Source: Oikopleura dioica (lineage: Eukaryota > Animalia > Chordata). From it: a stretch of DNA of 64,000 bases. The stretch lies in contig OU015567.1 of the NCBI GenBank assembly GCA_907165135.1, forward strand, positions 9,858,001-9,922,000. The letters run 5' to 3'. A model generated the notes under the pieces. It saw nothing but the letters and a program-made list of their open reading frames with translations. It did not search any database and was not told where the DNA came from. Below are positions 1 to 13,648 of the stretch, in pieces. Every line of letters starts with the position of its first letter. Position 1 is the first letter of the stretch. The translations under genes were made by a program, and so were the position numbers.

Positions 1-2264
1 CATCATAAATTGAATTAAACAATTTGATCACTATTCAATTTTCATGCAAAGCCGCAAGATGACCACACGATCCCAAAAAAGGTAATTGCCGAATGATGTT
101 TTGGAGAAGAGTTCAAACTTTCACGTGTAATGACTCCATGGCTTAATTGTGAAACACGTGCTAGTTGAAGATAAAAATCAGGATAATCCGGTTCATACTT
201 TTCTGCTGCTTGAACGATTTTAGGCTCATCGTAGATAGTGCTTGTTTAGCATCCTTTTCGGAAGTGAGTGGGGAAGGATTAACGAGTGGACTCTGTATTA
301 TGTCATTACTATCTCGTCGGGCATTATAAAGGGTAATCCCCACGCCCTTGTTGGAATGCTCCGGACAAAACGAATCTCGCCGGGGTGGGCCGTCTTTATT
401 CCGTAAAGAATAGAAGGTCCATTGAAGCAATGTTGCAAAACGCTGGAATTCGTTCTTGTTTCCAATACAACCATTTCTTTCGAATGAACTTGTCAAATGT
501 CCTGGTTTATTTTGCAGTATACTTCTTTGTATCTGAAAGCTTCTTAGTTTCAAAAAGGCGCCAGCTCAACTTTTCTTCGACCGGATCAAAGATGGAACTC
601 TGTTTGATTCTTTTGCTACTTTGAACGGGCTCTAGAAGGGAGATAACTCGACATGCCACTTTTGTAGAGTGTCAACTGTCCGAGAGGATAATTCTATGAT
701 TCTATGATCCCGCTTGGTGGAAGCTCGCGGGGTGGGAGTTTGTCAACTAACCGTTGATTAAAAACCGCGGAGACGTTGTTCGTGGAGAATGATTAAGTTC
801 GTCACTTACAACCTTTTGTACCGAAAGGACAGGAATATCTGATTGAAGAAGGTCAAAATTTTTGAACCCCAGTAAGAAACGCATGTTCATTAAGATCAAT
901 TACGATCAAATTATAGATCAAATCAAGCTCCCCAAAATGTGTCCGTTTTCAGGCTTTATCGTCTTGTAGCAGAAATGGCTTGCAAAAACCTCTTTCGATT
1001 TTTCCCTCTAAGATCGTTGCCATACTGTATTAGAAAGTTCTCCCGCTTGAACGCAGAATTCTAACAGAGGGACCCGATTTGCGGCTGAGCTAGCTCACGA
1101 ATTTCTCGAAAAAATGGAAATTTTCTACATTTGAATAATGAGTTTTTCATCAATGTCTCAAGCTTCTGCTGGGTGGGGGCGGATCTTCAACCGCACGTGA
1201 AGGTTTAGAGAGCTCATCCTGACGATTATGGAAAACATTTCAAAGTTGCTAATACAAGCGCTACCTGGAATGCGTCAGAACTTCCGCTTGATTGCAAGAC
1301 TTAAATTCAACCATAGTTCTATGCATTAATTAGAAACCGCGAGTTTAAGATAAAAATAAGGCCTCAACTATTTTGTTCGAAAAATTAGAAATTCAAGCTC
1401 CAATCAAACTCGAATTCAAGAAGAAAAACGGTCCACGTCAGTTCCCAGGCGGGTCCTTAAAACTCCTTGAAACTCAGTTTCTTACATCAGGTGATAAAAG
1501 CTCATTATCGAATTAATTTTAGAAGCGATTTACTCTGTTTTCTAAGACCGCAATAGAAGATCTGCCACAGTTCCACAAACAGATGGACTCGCATCATCGA
1601 TGTAAGCTTATAACTTCGCGAAATCCGCGCTGTGAATCAAATTGCAAAAAAATCAAAATCTGCCGTTTACACCTCTTGGGTGGCAATTTCGGTTTCATGT
1701 CTACCGCCGGTGTTGGACACGCTGTCCGACAGCGAGAGTGTACGCCATGTCAGACGGGATTCCCGTAATGAAAATCGCCCCAAAAATCATCAAACGGTAT
1801 GCTTCATGAATACATCAATATTTCTTTCACGAGGCATGATCTGCAAGGCACGTGCTTTTTAAGTAAAAATTTCGAATATCGGTAATTGTCACGAGCAGTT
1901 TTAATTTCTGCCGCCGTGTTTAATCTAATAACAAGGTGGTTATAATTTACACTCATTTTTCTAATGTCGTGTCAAATGTTATTGCAAGACTTTTAAGAAA
2001 ATATTACAGATGGTGCTTTTCATAACACCAACCTGTAATCGCATGTATTCAATATTAGAAAGCATGAAACATTTTTTTCAATACAGTAAAGGTTTATTAT
2101 TTGTACAGGTGGCTTTTGGAATATTTTACAGAAGAGGAAGCGGTTTTCTTCATTTGGAAAAAATAAAGATCATTTTGTGTTCAGGTCGAAAATTTCGCAG
2201 AATAAAAATTAAATTTCAAAATGGCCAGTTGTGCTCGCACCCTGGCAATCGTCAAGTTGAGTTT

Positions 2265-2860
2265 TCAGCGGGTTTTGAATGTTGAGTAAGCAAGGTCAAT
2301 TTTCATGTCGATCAGGGCTAGGCTGATGTCGCGGTGGCACTTGTCGAAAATGTTTTCAACTCGGCGGACGGTGCTTTTCTGGTTTCTGTCGAACTCGCGC
2401 AGGAGGTTGCCGTAACGGTTCGAGAGGTGGATGTGCGCTGAAATGATGTTTTGAAAATAGACCAATTTATAGGCTTTAATAGATATTGTGGCAACTAAAA
2501 TTGTGGATAAAGAAAGTCCTTTCAAGATTACGACACGGAGATTGAAGGAGGTAAAACTATAATTTCTTTGATGAATTTGATTGAACCCGGAGACCGACCG
2601 GTTGTGCTTTTTCTTCCAATTGACGACGATAAGATTACTCGAAATAACATAGTTTGACAAATTCAATACACTTACTCTGTTTTCGTTTTGATGGAGCCGT
2701 CCTGGGGCCGACTTTGAGGTCGCCTCTGTAGCCGAGAAGATCGGACTTGACGCTGATTTTTTCGTCAGATGATGTTTGAGAGCGGTTGTCACAGAATTTG
2801 TCGGGACAGAAGGTGCTCATTGAGTTTTTGGTTAATCTGAACATGTTGATTTTATTCATC
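2265..2860 (-). CDS. Possible small spliced hypothetical gene (may be decayed)
   Basis: ATG at 2860, GTAAGT donor near 2676, and a last exon after a TTTCAG acceptor reading AHIHLSNRYGNLLREFD...STFKTR*. No recognisable domain. Confidence 0.3.
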
Positions 2861-4928
2861 GTTTTGTGGAAAAGTACGTGGTGAAAAATAAGGGAGGAGG
2901 GTCATTTCCCAAAGAGGAACACGCCCGCCTTTACGGAAGAATTGCTCCCTTCTCGAAAAGTGCTCTTAGATACGAGTGCTTTCTGAGCACCCCGTGGGGC
3001 ACGGGCCGTGCCTCAATTTTAAGAGAGACTGATTCATAAATTTAGATTAAAACTTACCGATCTCTGTCTAAGCTGAAAGACCTGAACTTTCTGGACATGG
3101 ATTCAACAGAATGCGTCGCAGTTCTGTTTCTTCCATTTTTAGATCGTCCTCTTCGATCATTTTCTTCTTCGCTTGATGAACCCTCAGAAACGCCTGAGAA
3201 TAGGGGCTTAAGATTTGAGATTGAGGTTGAGCTTATCGGCGGATTTTCCAATTCAAAGTAGGCAGTGAAATCCTTCTGGGATTGTTATCACATCTAACCA
3301 AATCCAGTTCTTTCGAGGGAAATTTAAGTAATTACGAGACTCAGAACTGATTGTAGCTGCTCAGTAAAAAATCTGTACAAGAAAAGTTTTAATTTCAGCC
3401 TTCAATTTGCAAAAAAAAAGAATGTAAATTCCCCGTCGCCACAAAAATGCTTCCAAAAACCGTCGAACTATTCCCATATGTTAGTTCGTTAACAGAAAAT
3501 GTACAGAAGAAACTAAGCCCATTCCTGAATCTTTTGGCGACGGTGCGTTGAGAATATTTTTCACGAAACTGTCGATATTTCTTCGTGGTCGTTCGAAGGA
3601 GTGGAGGAGCGAGCGTTTGTGCATCTTTGTACACTTTTTACCTGTTTTAAGAATACCTTAAAATAAGTTACGAAAGGTAAGAAATTGAGCAATTTCGCTT
3701 GACACATATTTTTTCGGCAGATATGCATGTAAAATGCCTGCCCAGAAAGCGAAGTTACCTCTAACGTGTGGAGAATTATCGTCGGAAGATACCGAAGAGG
3801 CGCAGCTTTTTTGAAATGTGCATTTTGAACCCCTTCTTTCATGTCAGACAACAAGACTGAAGCAACAAACAACTCTAAAGGGAGAGATAAAGAGGGCCGA
3901 AATGACCGATCGGCGTAATCCCTTTTCAAACAAACGCGCCGTAAAGTGCGCTTATGAATCTGTCCAACATCAGCGAAACGTCATAATAAGCGAAACTAGA
4001 CGTGGATGAGCGACATTTTAAATATTTTATGTTTGAATTCGAATATGCATATTTATGGCTTTAGAATTGGAATATCATGTTTGAAGCGTAAATACTGTTA
4101 ATTTTATGTGCGAAATATTTAAGAAATAAGGCTGGAAGCATGGTGAAACATGAAGAAAATCTGTCTGTAAGACCTCGCATTATGATATACACTCCCTTAA
4201 AATTTGATATTGTAAAATTGAATGGATCACACGGGCGAAAATCAAGCTTGATTGCTGATGACCTACTCCTGCTCTGGGAAAATGCGTGGCCGAAAGATTA
4301 CAAATTCAATTTTCTCCGTTGAAAATGCTAAGGCTATCGGTAGGCTTCCCGCACCATTTTTCTATTTTAAAGGTTCTCTGGCCGAATCTAACCAAACTTG
4401 CTGGACATATGCATCAAGACAAGCTATGAAAAACTGCACTAGCCGATTTTTCGAAATGAGTCTCTTTGACACCTTTTTTGGGTGTTTTTTGACGAGAAAA
4501 AAAGCACTAAAGTGATTAGAAGCTGATTAGAAGTGCCTTCCCACCAGGTCAGACGATCGAGAATAGCCTTGGAAGAAAGCCAAGGGTCCATTCTATCGAC
4601 ACACCAAAAATTGGTTTTGCACCTTGATGTTATCAGTAGTATCAGATGCCTCAAAGTTGACTGAAATCGTCAGATACGAAAATTCAAGATTTTCAACTTT
4701 TGATAAACGCGAGCTATGATGACGTTCTATAGCTCAAATTGAAGCTTAGGAATCACTGAACTCACTGAACCGGTTTCTACCGAACCAGCCGGTCATTCTA
4801 GCGGTTCACCGCGGTTAATCGCTTTTTATTGAATATTTTCACTCAAAAACGAAATAGAACCATGAAACGAGTCAATTCAGAGCCTTCTGGTGTTTCAACT
4901 CGAGCTAACCGGAGTTAACCGGACGGTT

Positions 4929-5375
4929 GATAAGGCGGTTCAAAGCGGTTCAGGCAGAAAAATGATCGGAAATACAGCAATATGCACATGAAATTGCTCC
5001 TTATTACACGACGAGCATTTTTAACATAATTTTGAACCGGAACAACAAACCATGTGGTCGATAAAGCGGTCCCGGGCGGTTCATCGCGGTTCATGCTAAA
5101 AATAGTCAGAAATATGGCAAGATGTATATAAAATTGCTTCTTATCTGAGCACGAACATTTTTAAAATATTTTCGAATCGATCGAGCTGACCAGGTGGTCG
5201 ATAAGGCGGTCGAGGGCGGTTTGTCGCGGTACATGCTTAAAAATAGTCAGAAATATGGCAATATGTATATCAAATTGCTTCTTTTCTGAAAACAATCATT
5301 TTTAAAAAATTTTCAAATCGATTGAGCTAACCAAATAGTCGATAAGGCTGTTCAGGGCGTTTGATCGCGGATCAA
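4929..5375 (+). repeat. About 3 copies of a ~140-bp subterminal repeat with GATAAGGCGGT/GCGGTT motifs inside the left TIR (mirrored in the right TIR)
   Basis: Recurring block gataa(g/a)gcggt...aaaatagtcagaaatatggcaa...aaattgcttctt...catttttaa at about 140-bp spacing. Confidence 0.75.
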
Positions 5376-5440
5376 GGTCAAAAATTAAAAATTGAAAAAC
5401 AAGAAAATGATACTTTTTCTATTGATTGCGCCTGTAGGCG

Positions 5441-6960
5441 CGTTTATACAATTCAGTCTGCGACGGGGCCAAGCCGACCCGAAGGAGAGGCCAGGCCCGT
5501 ATATACAATTCAGTCTGCGACGGGGCCAAGCCGACCCGAAGGGGATGCCAGGCCCGTTAATACAATTCAGTCTGCGACTGGGCCAAGCCGACCCGAAGGG
5601 GAGGCCAGGCCCGTTTATACAATTCAGTCTGCGACTGGGCCAAGCCGACCCGAAGGGGAGGCCAGGCCCGTTTATACAACTCAGTCTGCGACGGGGCCAA
5701 GCCGACCCGAAGGGGAGGCCAGGCCCGTTAATACAATTCAGTCTGCGACGATGCCAAGCCGACCCGAAGGAGAGGCCAGGCCCGTTTATACAATTCAGTC
5801 TGTGACGGAGCCAAGCCGACCCGAAGGGGAGGCCAGGCCCGTTTAAACAATTCAGTCTGCGACTGGGCCAAGCCGACCCGAAGGGGAGGCCAGGCCCGTT
5901 TATACAATTCAGTCTGCGACTGGGCCAAGCCGACCCGAAGGGGAGGCCAGGCCCATTTATACAATTCAGTCTGCGACGGGGCCAAGCCGACCCGAAGGGG
6001 AGGCCAGGCCCGTTAATACAATTCAGTCTGCGACGGGGCCAAGCCGACCCGAAGGAGAGGCCAGGCCCGTTTAAACAATTCAGTCTGAGACGGGGCCAAG
6101 CCGACCCGAAGGGGAGGCCAGGCCCGTTTATACAACTCAGTCTGCGACGGGGCCAAGCCGACCCGAAGGGGAGGCCAGGCCCGTTAATACAATTCAGTCT
6201 GCGACGATGCCAAGCCGACCCGAAGGGGAGGCCAGGCCCGTTTATACAATTCAGTCTGTGACGGGGCCAAGCCGACCCGAAGGGGAGGCCAGGCCCGTTT
6301 ATACAATTCAGTCTGCGACTGGGCCAAGCCGACCCGAAGGGGAGGCCAGGCCCGTTTATACAATTCAGTCTCCGACAGATCCAAGCCGACCCGAAGGGGA
6401 GGCCAGGCCCGTTTAAGGAACTCAGTCTAAGACGGGGCAAAGCCGACCCGAAGGGTAGGCCAGGCCCGTCTAAACATTTCAGTCTAAGACGGGGCAAAGC
6501 CGACCCGAAGGGAGGCCAGGCCCGTCTAAACATTTCAGTCTGAGACGGGGCCAAGCCGACCCGAAGGGGAGGCCAGGCATGTATATACAATTCAGTCTGC
6601 GACGGGGCCAAGCCGACCAGAAGGGGCTGCCAGGCCCGTTATTACAATTCAGTCTGCGACGGGGCCAAGCCGACCAGAAGGGGCGGCCAGGCCCGTTATT
6701 ACAACTCAGTCTGCGACGGGGCCAAGCCGACCCGAAGGGGAGGCCAGGCCCATTTATACAATTCAGTCTGCGACGGGGCCAAGCCGACCCGAAGGGAGGC
6801 CAGGCCCGTTTATACAATTCAGTCTGCGACTGGGCCAAGCCGACCCGAAGGGAGGCCAGGCCCGTTTATACAATTCAGTCTGCGACGGGGCCAAGTTGAC
6901 CCGAAGGGAGGCCAGGCCCGTTTATACATTTCAGTCTGCGACGGGGCCAAGCCGACCCGT
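5441..6960 (+). repeat. 57-bp tandem satellite, ~27 copies (left arm of the foldback element)
   Basis: Unit TTTATACAATTCAGTCTGCGACGGGGCCAAGCCGACCCGAAGGGGAGGCCAGGCCCG. Confidence 0.97.
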
Positions 6961-6964
6961 AAAG

Positions 6965-9103
6965 GAATTGTATAAACGGGCCTGGCCTCCCCTTCGGGTC
7001 GGCTTGGCCCTGTCTCAGACTGAGTTGTTTAAACAGGCCTTGCCTCCCCTTTGGGTCTCCGTCTCAGACTGAATTGTTTAAACGAGCCTGGCCCTATTAA
7101 ACTAATAGGATTTAATAATAATAGAATTATCACCCTATAAAACTGGAACTGTTCTCAACTAAACACGCACACTCACGGTCATTTTTTCGTCATTTTTTCA
7201 GTCTTTTTTTACGCAGGCAGCGTTGGCCAATCCCGGAACCTCAAATCGGCTTGGCGCCGTCGCAGACTGAATTGTATAAACGGGGCTGGCCTCCCCTTCG
7301 GGTCGGCTTTGCCCCGTCGCAGACTGAATTGTTTAACCAGGCCTGGCCTCCCCTTCGGGTCGGCTTGGCCCCGTCGCAGACTGAATTGTAATAATGGGCC
7401 TGGCCGCCCCTTCTGGTCGGCTTGGCCCCGTCGCAGACTGAATTGTATAAACGGGCCTGGCCTCCCCTTCGGGTCGGCTTGGCCCCGTCTCAGACTGAAT
7501 TGTTTAACCAGGCCTGGCCTCCCCTTCGGGTCGGCTTGGCCCCGTCGCAGACTGAATTGTTTAAACGGGCCTGGCCTCCCCTTCGGGTCGGCTTGGCCCC
7601 GTCGCAGACTGAATTGTATAAACGGGCCTGGCCGCCCCTTCTGGTCGGCTTGGCCCCGTCGCAGACTGAATTGCTTAAACGGGCCTGGCCTCCCCTTCGG
7701 GTCAGCTTGGCCCCGTCTCAGACTGAGTTGCTTAAACGGGCCTGGCCTCCCCTTCGGGTCGGTTTGGCCCCGTCTCAGACTGAATTGAATAAACGGGCCT
7801 GGCCTCCCTTCGGGTCGGCTTGGCCCCGTCGCAGACTGAATTGTATAACGGACCTGGCCTCATCTTCGGATCGGCTTGGATCTGTCGGAGACTGAATTGT
7901 ATAAACGGGCCTGGCCCCCCTTCGGGTCGGCTTGGCCCCGTCGCAGACTGAATTGTTTAAACGGGCCTGGCCGCCCCTTCGGGTCGGCTTGGCCCCGTCG
8001 CAGACTGAATTGTATAAACGGGGCTGGCCTCCCCTTCGGGTCGGCTTTGCCCCGTCGCAGACTGAATTGTTTAACCAGGCCTGGCCTCCCCTTCGGGTCG
8101 GCTTGGCCCCGTCGCAGACTGAATTGTAATAATGGGCCTGGCCGCCCCTTCTGGTCGGCTTGGCCCCGTCGCAGACTGAATTGTATAAACGGGCCTGGCC
8201 TTCCCTTCGGGTCGGCTTGGCCCCGTCGCAGACTGAATTGTTTAAACGGGCCTGGCCTCCCCTTCGGGTCGGCTTGGCCCCGTCGCAGACTGAATTGTAT
8301 AAACGGGCCTGGCCGCCCCTTCTGGTCGGCTTGGCCCCGTCGCAGACTGAGTTGCTTAAACGGGCCTGGCCTCCCCTTCGGGTCAGCTTGGCCCCGTCTC
8401 AGACTGAGTTGCTTAAACGGGCCTGGCCTCCCCTTCGGGTCGGTTTGGCCCCGTCTCAGACTGAATTGAATAAACGGGCCTGGCCTCCCCTTCGGGTCGG
8501 CTTGGCCCCGTCGCAGACTGAATTGTATAAACGGACCTGGCCTCATCTTCGGATCGGCTTGGATCTGTCGGAGACTGAATTGTATAAACGGGCCTGGCCC
8601 CCCTTCGGGTCGGCTTGGCCCCGTCGCAGACTGAATTGTTTAAACGGGCCTGGCCTCCCCTTCGGGTCGGCTTGGCCCTGTCGCAGTCTGAATTGTATAA
8701 ACGCGCCTGGCCTCCCCTTCGGGTCGGCTTGGCCCCGTCGCAGACTGAATTATAATAACGGGCCTGGCCGCCCCTTCGGGTCGGCTTGGCCCCGTCGCAG
8801 ACTGAATTGTATAAACGGGCCTGGCCTTCCCTTCGGGTCGGCTTGGCCCCGTCGCAGACTGAGTTGTATAAACGGGCCTGGCCTCCCCTTCGGGTCGGCT
8901 TGGCCCAGTCGCAGACTGAATTGTATAAACGGGCCTGGCCTCCCCTTCGGGTCGGCTTGGCCCAGTCGCAGACTGAATTGTATTAACGGGCCTGGCATCC
9001 CCTTCGGGTCGGCTTGGCCCCGTCGCAGACTGAATTGTATATACGGGCCTTGCCTCTCCTTCGGGTCGGCTTGGCCCCGTCGCAGACTGAATTGTATAAA
9101 CGC
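6965..9103 (-). repeat. Same 57-bp satellite in inverted orientation, ~35 copies, interrupted by a unique spacer at ~7094-7245
   Basis: Reverse complement of the left-arm unit (CGGGCCTGGCCTCCCCTTCGGGTCGGCTTGGCCCCGTCGCAGACTGAATTGTATAAA). Confidence 0.97.
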
Positions 9104-12100
9104 GCCTACAGGCGCAATCAATAGAAAAAGTATCATTTTCTTGTTTTTCAATTTTTAATTTTTGACCTTGATCCGCGATCAAACGCCCTGAACAGCCTTA
9201 TCGACTATTTGGTTAGCTCAATCGATTTGAAAATTTTTTAAAAATGATTGTTTTCAGAAAAGAAGCAATTTGATATACATATTGCCATATTTCTGACTAT
9301 TTTTAAGCATGTACCGCGACAAACCGCCCTCGACCGCCTTATCGACCACCTGGTCAGCTCGATCGATTCGAAAATATTTTAAAAATGTTCGTGCTCAGAT
9401 AAGAAGCAATTTTATATACATCTTGCCATATTTCTGACTATTTTTAGCATGAACCGCGATGAACCGCCCGGGACCGCTTTATTGACCACATGGTTTGTTG
9501 TTCCGGTTCAAAATTATGTTAAAAATGCTCGTCGTGTAATAAGGAGCAATTTCATGTGCATATTGCTGTATTTCCGATCATTTTTCTGCCTGAACCGCTT
9601 TGAACCGCCTTATCAACCGTCCGGTTAACTCCGGTTAGCTCGAGTTGAAACACCAGAAGGCTCTGAATTGACTCGTTTCATGGTTCTATTTCGTTTTTGA
9701 GTGAAAATATTCAATAAAAAGCGATTAACCGCGGTGAACCGCTAGAATGACCGGCTGGTTCGGTAGAAACCGGTTCAGTGAGTTCAGTGATTCCTAAGCT
9801 TCAATTTGAGCTATAGAACGTCATCATAGCTCGCGTTTATCAAAAGTTGAAAATCTTGAATTTTCGTATCTGACGATTTCAGTCAACTTTGAGGCATCTG
9901 ATACTACTGATAACATCAAGGTGCAAAACCAATTTTTGGTGTGTCGATAGAATGGACCCTTGGCTTTCTTCCAAGGCTATTCTCGATCGTCTGACCTGGT
10001 GGGAAGGCACTTCTAATCAGCTTCTAATCACTTTAGTGCTTTTTTCTCGTCAAAAAACACCCAAAAAAGGTGTCAAAGAGACTCATTTCGAAAAATCGGC
10101 TAGTGCAGTTTTTCATAGCTTGTCTTGATGCATATGTCCAGCAAGTTTGGTTAGATTCGGCCAGAGAACCTAGAAAATAGAAAAAGGTGCGGGAAGCCTA
10201 GCTATCGGCCTTGATTCCCGCAATCAATCTAATCAGGGGTACTATAATGCCCATTCTCGTCAGTTTCTTTGAAAAGTGGACGTTTTTTATTCTTAGATTG
10301 CCGTCAATTACCCTAGGATGTTTGGCAGAAAACAAGAGTGATTACTTCCCCAAGACCGGGATTTACAAACTTCCTGCTTATTATTTTTCTAAAAAGTGAG
10401 CTACGATACTTGTAATCAGCAGTAAGAGGTGCGAGTCTTGTTGTTATCTCGACGTTTAATTCAGCGACCTTTCAAGCCTGCCAGACTTCATTTTTCAGGC
10501 GTAATTTTGGTTATGCTAATACCCGATAATCAGAAATAAATTTGCCTCTAATGGGTCCTAAATACTTCGTCCGTAAATACAGACCATAAATATTAGTTCA
10601 TTGAAGGTAAAACCTGCCGGAATGCGGCGAGCAGATGCTTTTGGGGTGCAACGTGGTTAGCAATTGTGGGTTCACCAGATCATCCCCTCTTTCATCCACT
10701 TTGTTAGCCACTTTTAGTCATTTTACTCAATTATTAACGGTCTCTTTTGAGTTCATTTTAGAAAATCATCAATAAAAGACCCCTTTCCAAAAATAAAAGA
10801 AAATTTCGTAAATTTAAGGCTTTTATCTTAGAATATTTCCAAAAAATTATTCTTGTTCACGATAAATGAGCGCTGAAATTTTCACTCTATAATTTTCCCC
10901 CAAATCAGATTTTGCGGTCATTATTTCAGGTTTTTGCATATTTCATTCCTTTCCTGTCGATAGATGGGAAGCTCGTCACAGAAAACGTTCCTAAAAACAA
11001 ATGTTAAATCCATGTTGGACAAGTTGGATATGCATTTGATATTCAAATTGCTCTATCATACGAGGAAACAGCCTGTTTGATTTTCTAATAGCTTATCTCA
11101 ACCGTCAAGGTGCGTAAGACTCTAAAGCTATCGTTTCTTTTTATTGAGAAGTTGAGTTTTCACATGTGGAAGCTATTTTTATCTAATCCGTAGCTGGTCG
11201 CAGCTGGCGCTAGAAGTTATTCAGCAAAAAGCCGCATGAATAGTCGCTCTGAGCGCTTATCATTTTATTCCCGATTCTAACGCTGCTGTTTTTGGTATGT
11301 TTTTATTGATAGCCGTCTATTATTGATCCGCGTTTTAAAAATAAATCCACTTGGTCAAAAGTCGCTGACAGGATTTTATTTATTATTGGAAATTAACATG
11401 TTCGTTGAAAGATAATATTGAGGAGTATTCGTGAAAATAGTCTGCTAGAAGGGTAAATAATGTGTAACCGCGGGTGTCTCAAAAAACCAATTTGATTGGA
11501 ACTCATTTTCAAGACTGCCCATTGAGTTTAGAGTTAACTGCTCCACTCATAATTACGATTGAAATCAGTTCTTATCGTCTTCTAAGCCGCTGCGCTAAGG
11601 AGCGGGTGCTCATAATCAGAAGAAAACCGACGTGTCCGAGGATTGATCCTCAATCAAAATTATTCAACGAACTCTCAAGGGCTTTGAAAACCGATGATCT
11701 AGCTGAGGTTTTTGAATTATCGATAATTTTCCACGATTTTTACGTTGATTTTATGAAGCAACGAAGCTTGTGAAAATTGTATATTTTGGAGCCATTTCTA
11801 TGTTCACGCCGCACTGGTTTCAGGAATATTTATTATCAGTCCTTTTTAAGCGGGTTATATAACACCTCTTTGAAACCACTAAAACATCACTTTCTAAATC
11901 TCACTTCACCAGAACTGCAAAAAGTCAATTACTGGTCAATCAGCTTCCGTGCCGCATACGGACTCGGAACAAGATGAAGATCATCAGTACTGAACGCTTG
12001 CGATTTTTTGATACGCGCGACCGCAGCAGTAATTTTTTAAAGCCGAGCTTGATTTCATCCTTGAGAACATTTTCTGAGGTTGTACGAGCATATTTCTCGA

Positions 12101-12205
12101 AATCTGTATAGAATTTCTATCAGTATTACTGGTATGCGCTTACTTGAGTTTCAACATTACTGATACTTTACTGTAGAAAGCTTTTGGCACGAAATTTTTG
12201 ATGAG

Positions 12206-12270
12206 TTACGGTTAGGGTTAAAATTAGGGTTAGAATTAGGGTTAGGGTTATCGTTAGGGTTAGGGTTAGA
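12206..12270 (+). repeat. Degenerate interstitial TTAGGG (telomere-like) tract
   Basis: About 11 hexamer positions in register, several perfect TTAGGG among variants. Confidence 0.7.
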
Positions 12271-13648
12271 TTCTAGAGCAGACTTGCTCTCTAAACTGCT
12301 TTTCAGTCTATTGAGCAGACAAGTGGTAAATTCAGATTTTCTCACGAAAAGGATTCCGTAAACTCGTTGGCTGATAAACCGGTAAAGGTTAGATTTTGGT
12401 GAGTATGTTTTGAAAGTGATATAACAACGTGACCCGAGGAATGCTGATTTTTTCTAAGAACTTGTTATCTTCTTGTAGATCTGAGCGTAAGCAGATACAG
12501 GTGAAATTTCGGCCTTAGTCATTGTATAAGAAAAATTAGAAATAGAATAAGGCGATTTGGGGCTTGACGAGAATGTAAAGTTTACAAAGTATGTTAACAA
12601 GTATTCCGCTGAACAAGTTTGATAGTTGCGACTATTGGTAGCTTCTGTCACTTCTGCGAAAGCTGGAGAAAGAGCAATTATGGGGTTTATTCCGGTGTTT
12701 ACCTTCGCTGGAAGAGATTCTTGATAGGCTGCCCTCCTGGGGAATTGAATAGGAAGTGGTGAATGTCGTGCTCTTCTTGATTTCTGGTATTGCCGAGGAT
12801 ATCCGGGATGTGTACGGTTTCTGAATAGAACTTTAGCCTTTGATCTCAAGTTCTGATTGAGAAGGACCGGGAAAACGAGTTGATTGCTATTTTGAGTTGA
12901 TTTGATTTTTGAGTTGATCGTTAAAATGAGTTAAAATCTCCGATGTGTCAATTTTCAGCGAAGACGCTTGTGAGAAAAAACGGGTTTGAAGCATTATTTG
13001 CAGCGAGAAAATCGTATTTTTCTACAAACCGCAACTCTGTTTCCGCCCAGTTCTTGGTCACAACACACTGCCTTGCAATTGAAAAGCCAATTTATCATGC
13101 CATCATAAATCATCATCGCAAAAGAGTTGGCGTGTCTTACGCCCTTTTTAAAATTCAAATTCAATTCCGGGTCAATTTGCATCGACCTCGTCAGACGTTT
13201 AGAGTCGCCAATTTCGCGAAAAACAGAAGAAAGAGATTCTTCATAACATTCTTGTCTAGCTCGAGGTGTCAGCTTCCTGTTTTGCGAGAATTCAAATATG
13301 CAGGAGGCTTGAGTGGCAAATCCGCATGCTTATATAATGAGTTGATGATCATTCTGAGCAGCTAATTTTAAATTAGATAATTGCAGCTCGAAATTGTCCA
13401 AAGAAGCGCCAATTATTGATTTCGATAATTGCACCGGGCCGGCTCTCCAGGGCCGTTAAAAATAGAAGCTTCAGACAAAAAAAACGGCAAGCAAAGAATT
13501 ATAATTTCGAGCACGTTGTTTCTCCCCGCATAAGTTCCAGCAGATGTCAGCTTGGGTCAGATTTCGAGGATCTTCATGGCATATAAAAAGCCAAGCCGGA
13601 GGGCCCGTTCTAACGTGCATGAAAATATTCTTGCTACAGTCAGATTAA

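Larger units (their letters stand above)
4341..10200. mobile_element. Non-autonomous hAT-type foldback element, 5860 bp, with ~1.1-kb TIRs and internal inverted satellite arrays
   Basis: Termini TAGGCTTCCCGCACC...GGTGCGGGAAGCCTA. Perfect 8-bp TSD GCTATCGG at 4333-4340 and 10201-10208. 4341-5440 is a near-identical reverse complement of 9103-10200. Confidence 0.93.

Noticed and set aside
5361-9182. Long repetitive ORFs (up to 408 aa) on both strands
   Set aside because: By-product of a 57-bp (19-codon) unit lacking stops in several frames; mirrored in both arms of a transposon.
12454-12849. 131-aa minus-strand ORF
   Set aside because: Non-ATG start, no domain, and no supporting splice structure.
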